Source: Candidatus Omnitrophota bacterium
GTDB taxonomy: Bacteria > Omnitrophota > Gorgyraeia > Ghiorseimicrobiales > Ghiorseimicrobiaceae
Direction: 5' to 3'
Assembly: GCA_030681595.1 (NCBI GenBank)
Contig: JAUXSB010000003.1
Span: forward strand, 223,207-287,206
DNA: 64,000 nucleotides
Part shown: positions 36,787-45,605 of the stretch, piece by piece
How the letters are laid out: every line of letters starts with the position of its first letter
How positions within the stretch are numbered: position 1 is the stretch's first letter
Program-made: the position numbers and the translations under genes
Notes under the pieces: model-generated
What the model saw: only the letters and a program-made list of their open reading frames with translations
Database searches by the model: none
Told to the model about the DNA's origin: nothing

Positions 36787-37860
36787 TCACTTTATAAATA
36801 TCTCTTTTAACAACACTTCCACGCATTTATTGGCAGACACCTTTTTTATCGGCTTTCCGTGCTTAAACAATAACCCGTCTTTTTTACCAAAGGCAATACC
36901 TATATCTGCTTCTCTTGCCTCTCCCGGTCCGTTGACGACACAGCCCATAACGGCCACCTTCATTGAGTTAGCGTTTAGCGGATAGCGTTTAGCGGATAGC
37001 CTCTTTTCTAAATTATTAACGATATTTACCAAATTTACTTCGCATCTGCCGCAGGTAGGGCAACTGATAATCTCAGGGCCAAAATTGCGTAAACCTAACG
37101 AGCCCAAAATAACCTTTGCCGCGCTTACTTCGTCTTGGGGCTTTTCCGTAAGCGATACCCTGATAGTATCTCCAATCCCTTCCAATAAAAGCGCCCCCAA
37201 GGCAATGCTTGATTTTATTGCGCCTGCATACGGGCTTCCTGTAGCGGTAAGGCCTAAATGCAAAGGATAATTGGTAAGTTTGGCCATTTTACGATAAGCT
37301 TCTATGGTGTCAAGGATGTTTGAGGCTTTCAATGAAACCACGATATTATAAAAACCAAAACCCTCTAACATCTTTATGTAATCTTGCGCGCTTTTCACCA
37401 TTCTTTCTACACTTGACCCCTGACCCCTGACCCCTGACACTTCTTTTTTTACCGAGCCGGAATTAACTCCGACCCTAATCGGAATTCCGGCTTTTTTTGC
37501 CGCTTCTGCTACAGTTTTAATCTGGCGAGCTTTAAAAATATTTCCCGGGTTTAGTCTTATCTTATCCGCACCGTTTTTTATCGCTAAAAGCGCTAATTTA
37601 TAATCAAAATGAATATCCGCAACTAAAGGAATATTTATTTTACGTTTAATCTTGCTTATCGCCGCGGCCGATTCTTTATCCTTAACGGTAACTCTTATTA
37701 TTTCGCAGCCGGATTTTTCTAGCGACTTTATTTGCCTAACAACCGCGTCAACATCCTTAGTATCGACCTTTACCATTGACTGAATGATGATAGGATTACT
37801 GCCGCCTATCTTCACTCTACCTATTTTTATTTCTCTGGTTTTATGCCTGTCTATCTGCAT
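36787..37860 (-). CDS. ispG: 4-hydroxy-3-methylbut-2-enyl diphosphate synthase.
   Basis: 357-aa GcpE family protein. It carries two in-frame repeat insertions at ~36969-37000 and ~37417-37437. Confidence 0.9.
   Translation of the reverse strand: MQIDRHKTREIKIGRVKIGGSNPIIIQSMVKVDTKDVDAVVRQIKSLEKSGCEIIRVTVKDKESAAAISKIKRKINIPLVADIHFDYKLALLAIKNGADKIRLNPGNIFKARQIKTVAEAAKKAGIPIRVGVNSGSVKKEVSGVRGQGSSVERMVKSAQDYIKMLEGFGFYNIVVSLKASNILDTIEAYRKMAKLTNYPLHLGLTATGSPYAGAIKSSIALGALLLEGIGDTIRVSLTEKPQDEVSAAKVILGSLGLRNFGPEIISCPTCGRCEVNLVNIVNNLEKRLSAKRYPLNANSMKVAVMGCVVNGPGEAREADIGIAFGKKDGLLFKHGKPIKKVSANKCVEVLLKEIFIK
36969..37000 (-). repeat. 14-bp tandem repeat (GCGTTTAGCGGATA)x2 inside ispG, identical to the L5 leader 3'-arm units.
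   Basis: It encodes ...RLSAKRYPLNAN... The same 14-mer pair occurs in the purA leader at 44283-44330. Confidence 0.85.
37417..37437 (-). repeat. (CCCCTGA)x3 heptamer array inside ispG.
   Basis: 21 nt, in frame, encoding a GQGSSV-type low-complexity stretch. Confidence 0.85.
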
Positions 37861-37886
37861 TTTAAATCAATAGTATGATTGCGGAA

Positions 37887-38960
37887 TCATTTAAAAGATT
37901 TAACCCAATTTGCCACATTATCCAAAACAGAAAAATTAATTATATCATTATAAACAGTAAAAACCGCAAGCATTATCAAGAGGCTCATCCCTACGCGGGC
38001 AATTGCTTCTTCGGTGTTTCTCTTTAGAACTCTTCCCCTGATTTTCTCTAAAAATATAAGGGCAAGATGCCCGCCGTCTAATACCGGAAAAGGCAAGAGA
38101 TTAATCACGCTTAAACTTAAACTAAGAATGGCTAAAACATGCAATAGCGGCCCTAACCCCATGCTTGCCGCGCCTGTTGTAATATAATAAATACCTATAG
38201 GCCCGGCGACAGAGCGCTTAAAAGAAACCTTGCCTGTAAACATTAAAGCCAGTGTTTTATAATAAAAAAAAGTGGTTTTTAAATAATCTTTTAAAGCTAC
38301 GGGCAATACGTCTTTTATTCCGTATTTCAAATGCCCCTGTTTTATTCCAATGAGCGATATTTCCTGTTTGCCTTTCATTGTATCAAATTGCTCTATCTTA
38401 GTAGGTATTTGTAGTATTTTACTTTCACCGTTCCTTAATAATGTAATACTTACCGGCGTACCTTTTTTATCTTGTATAAACCCGACCATTTCAATCCAAA
38501 ATTCCACCTTCTTGCCGTCAACGGAAATTACTTTATCCCCGGCTAATACACCGGCGTCAAAAGCCGGATAGCCTTCCATGGTCTTGCCTATCGTAGTGCT
38601 GGAATCAGGAATACCTAAAAGCAGTGCAAAACAAAGGCAGAAAAACCCTAATATATAATTTAAGCCTACCCCGGAAACAATAATCTTTGCGCGATCTTTA
38701 GGTTTCTGCGTTAAATATTCATCTTTTTTTCCTTTGCACTCGCCCCATTCGTCTCCTGCCATTTTAATAAAACCACCTAATGGAAAAACGCATACCTGAT
38801 ATAAAGTATCGCCTTTTTTTATGCTGAACAGCTTTGGCCCGAAGCCTAAAGAAAATTTCTCTACTTTTACGCCTACTTTTCTTGCGGCAATAAAATGCCC
38901 GAACTCATGCACAACAATAAGGATACTTAAAATTATAAGCGGAATTAAGAAAGATAGCAT
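37887..38960 (-). CDS. rseP: RIP site-2 zinc metalloprotease RseP.
   Basis: 357-aa protein with an HEFGH motif in TM1, a PDZ domain and the LDGG motif. Confidence 0.85.
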   Translation of the reverse strand: MLSFLIPLIILSILIVVHEFGHFIAARKVGVKVEKFSLGFGPKLFSIKKGDTLYQVCVFPLGGFIKMAGDEWGECKGKKDEYLTQKPKDRAKIIVSGVGLNYILGFFCLCFALLLGIPDSSTTIGKTMEGYPAFDAGVLAGDKVISVDGKKVEFWIEMVGFIQDKKGTPVSITLLRNGESKILQIPTKIEQFDTMKGKQEISLIGIKQGHLKYGIKDVLPVALKDYLKTTFFYYKTLALMFTGKVSFKRSVAGPIGIYYITTGAASMGLGPLLHVLAILSLSLSVINLLPFPVLDGGHLALIFLEKIRGRVLKRNTEEAIARVGMSLLIMLAVFTVYNDIINFSVLDNVANWVKSFK

Positions 38961-40087
38961 TTTACCTCGTTTCTTGCCCAGGCATCTATTTTTAATATTT
39001 CTTCTAAGCCCGGGTTGCTGACTACCCTATGCCTCTCTAACACCTTTTCAATGATTTTGGCGATCTCGATAAAACTTATCCGCCTATCTAAAAAAGCACA
39101 CACTGCCTCCTCATTAACCGCGTTTAAAACACAAGGGGCACTCCCCTTAGCTAATGAGGCCTCTTTTGCCAACCGCAGGCAAGGAAACTTTTTAAAATCG
39201 GGCTTTGCAAAGGTTAATTTTTTAATCGCGGTAAAATCCAAATTTTTAAAACCGGAATTTATGCGTTCGGGGTAAGTTAAAGCATACTGGATAGGAATAC
39301 GCATATCGGTAACCGCAAGCTGGGCCAAGACAACACCGTCAATAAATTCAACCATGGAATGAATTATCGCCTCCGGATGTATCAATATCTCTATTTCTTC
39401 GGATTTTAAACCGAACAAATACATTGCCTCAATTAATTCCAAGCCTTTATTCATGAGTGTCGCCGAATCGATAGAAATTTTTCTGCCCATCCTCCAACGC
39501 GGATGGTCAAGCGCCTTATCCGGAGTTATCCTTGAGAATCTTTTTTCCGGCATATCTTTTAATGGGCCGCCGGATGCTGTCAGGTATACTTTTTTAAGCG
39601 TTGCCTTATCCTCATTCTTAAGGCATTGGAATATCGCGCTTTGCTCGCTATCTACCGGGATTATCTTAACTTTCTTTTCTTTTGCTTTTTTGACTATTAA
39701 CGGCCCTGCCATCACCAAGGCTTCTTTATTGGCCAAGGCAATTGCCTTGGTTTTCTCTAATGCTTTTAATACCGGTAAGAGTGCCCCGCTTCCGCTTATC
39801 GCCATTACCACTAAATCGCTTTTGTTATCAAGTAAATTTTCTATAGCGCATTCGCCCTTTAAAACTTTAGTTTTTCCTTTGATTTTCTTTTCCAATATCC
39901 TTGCTTTCTCTATATCGCCTATCGCCACATATTCAGGAGAAAATTTATCAATCTGTTTTAACAGTAATTCGGTATTAGAATGCGCGGATAAACCCAACAC
40001 CCTGAATTTATCTTTATTGCGAAAGATTACGTCTAAACTATTTTCCCCGATAGAACCCGTAGAACCTAATATAATAACCTGTTTCAT
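38945..40087 (-). CDS. dxr: 1-deoxy-D-xylulose 5-phosphate reductoisomerase.
   Basis: 380-aa protein with an N-terminal GSTGSIG NADPH motif and Dxr family sequence. Confidence 0.95.
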   Translation of the reverse strand: MKQVIILGSTGSIGENSLDVIFRNKDKFRVLGLSAHSNTELLLKQIDKFSPEYVAIGDIEKARILEKKIKGKTKVLKGECAIENLLDNKSDLVVMAISGSGALLPVLKALEKTKAIALANKEALVMAGPLIVKKAKEKKVKIIPVDSEQSAIFQCLKNEDKATLKKVYLTASGGPLKDMPEKRFSRITPDKALDHPRWRMGRKISIDSATLMNKGLELIEAMYLFGLKSEEIEILIHPEAIIHSMVEFIDGVVLAQLAVTDMRIPIQYALTYPERINSGFKNLDFTAIKKLTFAKPDFKKFPCLRLAKEASLAKGSAPCVLNAVNEEAVCAFLDRRISFIEIAKIIEKVLERHRVVSNPGLEEILKIDAWARNEVKCYLS

Positions 40088-40095
40088 TTAAGCTT

Positions 40096-40902
40096 CTAAA
40101 GCGCCTTATCAATAAATACGCTCATAAGAAAATAAAATACCGGGGCAGTAAAAAGCAGGCTGTCTATAATATCTAAGACTCCGCCCATACCCGGAAAGAT
40201 ATGGCCTGAGTCTTTAATATGACAGTCACGCTTAATCAACGATTCCGAAAGATCGCCCAATTGCCCCAAAATTCCCAAACCTACGCCCAATAAAACCAGA
40301 TGCAAATAAGAAAAACCCGGAATAAATACCTTACTGGCAAGAGCTGCGAGCACCGAAAAAATAATCCCCCCTACCGCCCCTTCGATAGATTTTTGGGGGC
40401 TGATACGTGCAATTAAGCTGTGCCGGCCGTATTTCGTACCGATTAAATATGCCCCGATATCCCCGGACTTGGTGATTAAAAGTAGCGCTGCCACTAACCA
40501 TGCTCCTCCGGGCAAAAGCTTTATTTTAATTAAAAAACTAGAAAACCAGGCTATGTAAAGTATCCCGAATAACGTTGTTGAAACTCCTTCTATAGCGCCT
40601 TTATTCTCACGCCTGGTAAATTGCAGGAGGAAAATTATCAGCAATGCCGCGACAATAAATAATAATTCCCAGCTTTTGGTAAGTTCAAATTTAAAATAAA
40701 TAGAGAGGGGAATAATTAGCCCGATGACAATGCCAAAATATTTGTATATTTGGATGCCTTTTCTTTCGACTAGTGTAAAAAATTCATAAAGCCCGAATAC
40801 GGTAAGAATTATAACCAAAACGGCAAAAACCCAGTTTACCAATATGCTGATAACGCTTAACCCTATTAAAAATAATGCGCTGATTACTCTCTTAACTGTC
40901 AT
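40096..40902 (-). CDS. cdsA: Phosphatidate cytidylyltransferase.
   Basis: 268-aa polytopic membrane protein with the CdsA C-terminal signature. Confidence 0.85.
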   Translation of the reverse strand: MTVKRVISALFLIGLSVISILVNWVFAVLVIILTVFGLYEFFTLVERKGIQIYKYFGIVIGLIIPLSIYFKFELTKSWELLFIVAALLIIFLLQFTRRENKGAIEGVSTTLFGILYIAWFSSFLIKIKLLPGGAWLVAALLLITKSGDIGAYLIGTKYGRHSLIARISPQKSIEGAVGGIIFSVLAALASKVFIPGFSYLHLVLLGVGLGILGQLGDLSESLIKRDCHIKDSGHIFPGMGGVLDIIDSLLFTAPVFYFLMSVFIDKAL

Positions 40903-41621
40903 TTTATCCTTCCGAACCTCCTCTGGCGGCTGCTAAAAATTTCTATAGCCTCTTCTAGATCATTCTTCTTAAAATCAGGCCAGAGCTTATCAGTAAAATA
41001 CAACTCTGAATAAGAAAGCTGCCAAAGCATAAAGTTACTGATACGCTGTTCACCTGAAGTACGGATTAAAAGATCCGGCTCAGGCAGGCTTTTGGTATAA
41101 AGATGGCCCGAGAAATATGCCTCGTTAATTTTCCCGGTATCAAAAGACTTGTCGTTTTTTATTTCTTCGACAATGGACTTTACGGCATTGATTATTTCAA
41201 AACGCCCTCCGTAATCTAGCGCTAAGTTTAAAATAAGCCTCGAATTATCCCGCGTAGATTTTACCGCTTCTTCTATTTCGCGCAGTAGGCGCTTGGGTAT
41301 ACGGTCGCGCCTGCCCATGACATTTAGGCGGATGCCATTTTTTTTTAATTCGCCTAAATTATTTTTCAGGTAATTTTCCAGATACTTCATCAACATATTT
41401 ATTTCGTGTTTAGGCCTGTTCCAATTTTCCGTAGAGAAAGTAAATATAGTAAGTACTTTTATCCCTAATTCATTGGCGGCATTGACTATTTCTTTAACTC
41501 TTTTTACGCCTTCTAAGTGTCCGAAGGTACGCGGGAAACCTCGCGCCCTTGCCCAGCGGCCATTGCCATCCATTATAATCGCTACATGCTGAGGTATCAT
41601 ATAAAAATATGTGATTAACAA
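40899..41621 (-). CDS. uppS: Di-trans,poly-cis-undecaprenyl-diphosphate synthase.
   Basis: 240-aa protein with HVAIIMDGNGRWA and cis-IPPS family motifs. Confidence 0.95.
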   Translation of the reverse strand: MLITYFYMIPQHVAIIMDGNGRWARARGFPRTFGHLEGVKRVKEIVNAANELGIKVLTIFTFSTENWNRPKHEINMLMKYLENYLKNNLGELKKNGIRLNVMGRRDRIPKRLLREIEEAVKSTRDNSRLILNLALDYGGRFEIINAVKSIVEEIKNDKSFDTGKINEAYFSGHLYTKSLPEPDLLIRTSGEQRISNFMLWQLSYSELYFTDKLWPDFKKNDLEEAIEIFSSRQRRFGRIK

Positions 41622-41647
41622 AACGGGGGATTTTTATCCCCCGTTTT
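41620..41647 (-). terminator. Bidirectional rho-independent terminator downstream of the coiled-coil gene.
   Basis: AAAACGGGGGA-TTTTT-ATCCCCCGTTTT forms a perfect 11-bp GC-rich stem flanked by T or A runs on both strands. Confidence 0.7.
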
Positions 41648-41707
41648 AAAGCCTGGTAAATACGCCTTAAAGAATACGCCTGTTTTGCCGCAGGCTGAAT
41701 ATCTTGT

Positions 41708-42115
41708 CTACTTCATTGAACCATCCTGTTTTTTCTGCTTCTGGCGCTCTTTCATTAATGACTCTTTTAAATCTTCCTCAAGGGTTTCTTTAAGCCGGGT
41801 CATTTTCTCTAGTTCTTCTTTTAAGCTGTCGTTGACTAATTGCTCCTGCACCAATGCTTTCTTTGTAGCTTGATTAGCCGTCTTTTCCTCTTCTATCTGG
41901 GAAGCTAATTGCCTGATATTTTCTCGTAAGGCAGACTTTTCTTTTAAAAAATTTGCATTCTGCTCTTCCATCTCTATACGCTTCCTCAGTTCTTCCTGTA
42001 GATTATTTTTATATTTGCCTATTTCGCTGTGTACTCCGATAGCCCAAAAGAAAAATATCAAGCATAATGTACTCACAATCAGAATAATACGATTCTTAAC
42101 TGCATCTTCAATCAT
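41708..42115 (-). CDS. Hypothetical coiled-coil protein with an N-terminal TM anchor.
   Basis: 135-aa protein with one TM helix, then a heptad-rich Glu/Lys/Leu sequence. Confidence 0.4.
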   Translation of the reverse strand: MIEDAVKNRIILIVSTLCLIFFFWAIGVHSEIGKYKNNLQEELRKRIEMEEQNANFLKEKSALRENIRQLASQIEEEKTANQATKKALVQEQLVNDSLKEELEKMTRLKETLEEDLKESLMKERQKQKKQDGSMK

Positions 42116-42146
42116 AGACCCCCCTTGGAATTAATTTATATAAGTC

Positions 42147-42830
42147 CTATTTAAGGTTTTCTTCCTGAAGTAACTCTGTAACGGGCTGAGGCCGCGCAGA
42201 GCCTTCTTCTTTTTTTATCTTGGTTACTTTAGGCAGAATAACAATTTCCACCCTGCGGTTAAGCTGACGCCCTTCTTTAGTATCATTGGAAGCTACCGGG
42301 CGAAACTCTCCATAGCCTATCGCAGAAACTCTCTCTCCGGTGATTTCCGTATTGCTTACCAGATAATGCAAAACGCTTAAGGCGCGTTGAGCGGATAATT
42401 CCCAGTTGGATTTCCAATGCGAGCGCTTAATCTGGACATTATCAGTATGGCCCTCAATACCCACATTTAAATCCGGGACATTTTCACTTAACACTTTCGC
42501 GATTTTATCTAAGCTGTTGAAAGCAGAGCTCCTGACTTCCGCTTTACCGGAGTCAAAAAGGATATCCGCAAGAAAAGTAATCACTAAGCCCTTCTCTGCC
42601 ATTTCTAATTTTACCTGCTTATCGGAAATTTCCTGCTTCAACCTCTCTTCTAAAAGCTTCTTGACATCCTCAAGCTCGCTCAATTGCTTACTCAGCGATT
42701 CGATTTTTTCAACATCCGACTTTCTGCCCTTTTGGAAAATTATTGTGCAACCGGCCAATGTAATTGCCAATACACAAACAAAAAATATTTTTAGCTTCTT
42801 TTCTAGCGCTTTAAGCATCTCTGCCTCCAT
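42147..42830 (-). CDS. OmpA/MotB-domain protein.
   Basis: 227-aa protein with an N-terminal TM helix, a coiled coil and a C-terminal OmpA-like peptidoglycan-binding domain (NRRVEIVIL). Confidence 0.65.
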   Translation of the reverse strand: MEAEMLKALEKKLKIFFVCVLAITLAGCTIIFQKGRKSDVEKIESLSKQLSELEDVKKLLEERLKQEISDKQVKLEMAEKGLVITFLADILFDSGKAEVRSSAFNSLDKIAKVLSENVPDLNVGIEGHTDNVQIKRSHWKSNWELSAQRALSVLHYLVSNTEITGERVSAIGYGEFRPVASNDTKEGRQLNRRVEIVILPKVTKIKKEEGSARPQPVTELLQEENLK

Positions 42831-42877
42831 GATTAAATACCGACGAATATTCTGGTGGGTTGATATAATTACTTTTA

Positions 42878-42905
42878 ACTATATCATAACACCTTAAAAA
42901 GTCAA
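42878..42905 (-). promoter_or_regulatory. Candidate sigma70-type promoter for the OmpA-like gene.
   Basis: Sense: TTGACT-16 nt-TATAGT, about 50 nt upstream of the ATG. Confidence 0.3.
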
Positions 42906-42936
42906 GTAAAGTTTAAAATACCACATATAATATATA

Positions 42937-42958
42937 AAAGGGTACGCTGCCTACCCTG
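42937..42958 (-). terminator. Putative rho-independent terminator downstream of purA.
   Basis: In sense orientation, AGGGTAGGCAGCGTACCCTTTT is a stem followed by a T run. Confidence 0.45.
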
Positions 42959-43013
42959 ACGAGTTATAGCCAATCTATTTGATAAAGCTACCAACCGGCC
43001 TATCCTTCTAGGA

Positions 43014-44282
43014 TTAACGAAAGATTGTCTCTGACCGCGCCGACCCCACAGAAACTATCCTTATTTTTGCCAAAATCAGATCCTCTAGCGCGCATAGGTA
43101 ATTTAAAGCATTTCTGGGAAGCCGGTTAAATTTATGTATCTTGCTTAAATCACTGCACCATCCTTTAAACGTCTTATAAACCGGCTGCGCCCCCGTTAAC
43201 ACTTCAAAATCGTACGGGAAATTACGGAATATTTTACCTTTATATTTATAAGAAACGCAAACCGAGATTTCCTTTAAATTATCCAAAACATCCAGCTTCA
43301 TCATTGCTACCTCGCGCACACCACTTAAACTGGTGGCATATTTTACTAAAACAGCATCAAACCATCCGCACCTTCTGGGCCGGCCGGTTGTCGCGCCGAA
43401 TTCCCTGCCTTTTTCTCTGATAATATCGGATAACTCATCCTTAAATTCGGTAGGGAAAGGGCCCTCTCCTACGCGCGTTGTATAAGCCTTTACCACACCA
43501 ACAACTTTATTTATTGTTTCCGGGGGCATCCCCGATCCGTTGCATATCCCCCCGGCAGTCGTATTAGACGACGTCACAAAAGGGTATGTCCCGAAATCAA
43601 TATCTAAAAATGTTCCTTGTGCGCCCTCGAAAAGAATAGATTTATTTTTTTTGACTACTTCCTGCAATAAAATGGTGGTATTGCAAATATATTTTGAAAT
43701 CCTCTTGCCGTAATCAAAGTATTGATTATAAAGCTGGTCTAAATCAAAACCGGGGTGCTTATATACTTTTTTAAAAATTTCGTTCTTTTCTTTAAGGTTA
43801 TCTTCTAATTTTTCTTTAAATACATTCGGATTGAGCAAATCAACCGCCCTGATCCCGCAACGGGAGATTTTATCGGCGTAACATGGCCCTATCCCGCGGC
43901 CGGTAGTGCCTATACGCTGAGTTCTTTTTGATTCACGCAGCTTGTCTAAAATACGATGATAGGGCATAATAATATGGCAAAGCTCGGATATCTTAAGATT
44001 AGATTTAAGTTTTATTCCGTTTTTATCAAGATATTCCATCTCCGAAAGTAAAGACTCGGGGTCAATCACTACCCCATTTGCAATAACGCAGGTTTTGGCC
44101 TTATGCAGAATTCCCGAAGGAATAAGATGAAAGACAAACTCCCTGTCGCCAACCACAACGGTATGTCCGGCGTTATTGCCGCCCTGAAAACGGACAATAT
44201 AATCTGCTTTTTCGGCCAAGATATCAATAATCTTGCCTTTGCCTTCATCGCCCCATTGTAAACCAACTATGGCTGTATTCAT
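43014..44282 (-). CDS. purA: Adenylosuccinate synthetase.
   Basis: 422-aa protein with QWGDEGKGK and GGNNAGHT motifs. Confidence 0.95.
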   Translation of the reverse strand: MNTAIVGLQWGDEGKGKIIDILAEKADYIVRFQGGNNAGHTVVVGDREFVFHLIPSGILHKAKTCVIANGVVIDPESLLSEMEYLDKNGIKLKSNLKISELCHIIMPYHRILDKLRESKRTQRIGTTGRGIGPCYADKISRCGIRAVDLLNPNVFKEKLEDNLKEKNEIFKKVYKHPGFDLDQLYNQYFDYGKRISKYICNTTILLQEVVKKNKSILFEGAQGTFLDIDFGTYPFVTSSNTTAGGICNGSGMPPETINKVVGVVKAYTTRVGEGPFPTEFKDELSDIIREKGREFGATTGRPRRCGWFDAVLVKYATSLSGVREVAMMKLDVLDNLKEISVCVSYKYKGKIFRNFPYDFEVLTGAQPVYKTFKGWCSDLSKIHKFNRLPRNALNYLCALEDLILAKIRIVSVGSARSETIFR

Positions 44283-44363
44283 ATTTTTATGGTTTAGCGG
44301 ATAGCGTTTAGCGGATAGAAAAATAAATTCGCTATACGCTATACCCTATACGCTCTACGCTAA
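44283..44363 (-). promoter_or_regulatory. L5 inverted 9/14-bp repeat leader upstream of purA.
   Basis: Sense: AATTAGCGTAGAGCGTATAGGGTATAGCGTATAGCG-AATTTATTTTT-CTATCCGCTAAACGCTATCCGCTAAACC...ATG. The 5' arm holds (TAGCG)n and the 3' arm (CGCTA)n. Confidence 0.45.
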
Positions 44364-45605
44364 TTATGGTATCATCGTAAATATCTTACGGGCAGACGCC
44401 GGATATTTAGCGATAAACATAAGTTCAGCTTCAGTCAGCGGTTTCTGGTTATGTACATTGGCATACCTAACCAATTCCAAAACCTCTGTTGCCTCCCGGT
44501 CATCCTTGAATTCTATTTCTAATTTCTCATAGACGTTTCTAAAACCTTTAATGCCGCTGTATTCCCCGGCAGTAATCTTACGCCCCGTTTCAATAATTTC
44601 AGGCTCGCCGCGGCCGAGCTCCTCAAAGTCGTAAAGTTCGTAGTTACGCCTGTCTTTCAGCGCCCCGTCGGCATGAATTCCCGATTCATGCGCAAAGGCA
44701 TTCGATCCTACTCCGGGTTGGTTTATGGGTATCGGTACGCCAAAGGCATAAGACGCATACTTACATATCCGCCAGGTAACTTTTAAATCTATTTTTTCAT
44801 CCAGAAAATATTTATCCTTAAAACCCGTGCCGTATTTTATAGCCAATATTACGCTGACTAAATCGGCATTACCCGCCCTCTCGCCCATACCGTTGACACA
44901 AGTATTAATATAGGCATCGAATCCCGCGTCTAGAACACCCCTCGCACCGCAGATGGAATTGGCTACTACCAACCCCAGGTCATTATGGCAATGTACTTCT
45001 AAGGGCAGCTTTACTTCTTCTGCTAAGGCGCGCATTCTTTCATAAATAGTATAGGGTGTATCGCATCCTAAAGTATCACAGTAACGGATACGGTCGGCAC
45101 CCGCCTTTTTGGCTGCCTTAGAAAACTCCATCAGGTACTCCATACGCGTACGCGAAGCATCTTCGGCATTTACCCCTATTGACTCTGCCCCCAAATCCCT
45201 GGCGCGCTTAACTGCTTCTTTCATCTCGCCGATTACGCTCTTATGATCTAATTTTCCCTTAAATTTATGCATAATCATCTGGTCGGATGTAGAGATGGAA
45301 AGATTAACATGTTTTAGCTTAGGCGTTGATTTAAAAGCGGCCTCCACATCACTAACTGTCGCGCGCAGCCATCCGCCTAAACGTATAGGCTTAAGCACGC
45401 CTATCTTTGCCAGATCCAGGTTAGCATTTAAATAATTCGTTTCGTGGCGGGTAACCGGAAAACCAAATTCTGTCTGAAATACGCCCATTTCATTTAAGTA
45501 CAGGTTTATCATTGTTTTCTGCAACTTAGACAGGCAAATCCTTGAAGTCTGCACTCCATCCCGGTTAGTTACATCAATTATGTGAATTCTGTTTTTTGGT
45601 TTCAT
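44364..45605 (-). CDS. HMGL-like synthase (homocitrate / citramalate / 2-isopropylmalate synthase family).
   Basis: 413-aa protein with a pyruvate carboxyltransferase TIM-barrel (VTNRDGVQ, HxHNDLG). It lacks the LeuA regulatory C-terminal domain. Confidence 0.7.
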   Translation of the reverse strand: MKPKNRIHIIDVTNRDGVQTSRICLSKLQKTMINLYLNEMGVFQTEFGFPVTRHETNYLNANLDLAKIGVLKPIRLGGWLRATVSDVEAAFKSTPKLKHVNLSISTSDQMIMHKFKGKLDHKSVIGEMKEAVKRARDLGAESIGVNAEDASRTRMEYLMEFSKAAKKAGADRIRYCDTLGCDTPYTIYERMRALAEEVKLPLEVHCHNDLGLVVANSICGARGVLDAGFDAYINTCVNGMGERAGNADLVSVILAIKYGTGFKDKYFLDEKIDLKVTWRICKYASYAFGVPIPINQPGVGSNAFAHESGIHADGALKDRRNYELYDFEELGRGEPEIIETGRKITAGEYSGIKGFRNVYEKLEIEFKDDREATEVLELVRYANVHNQKPLTEAELMFIAKYPASARKIFTMIP

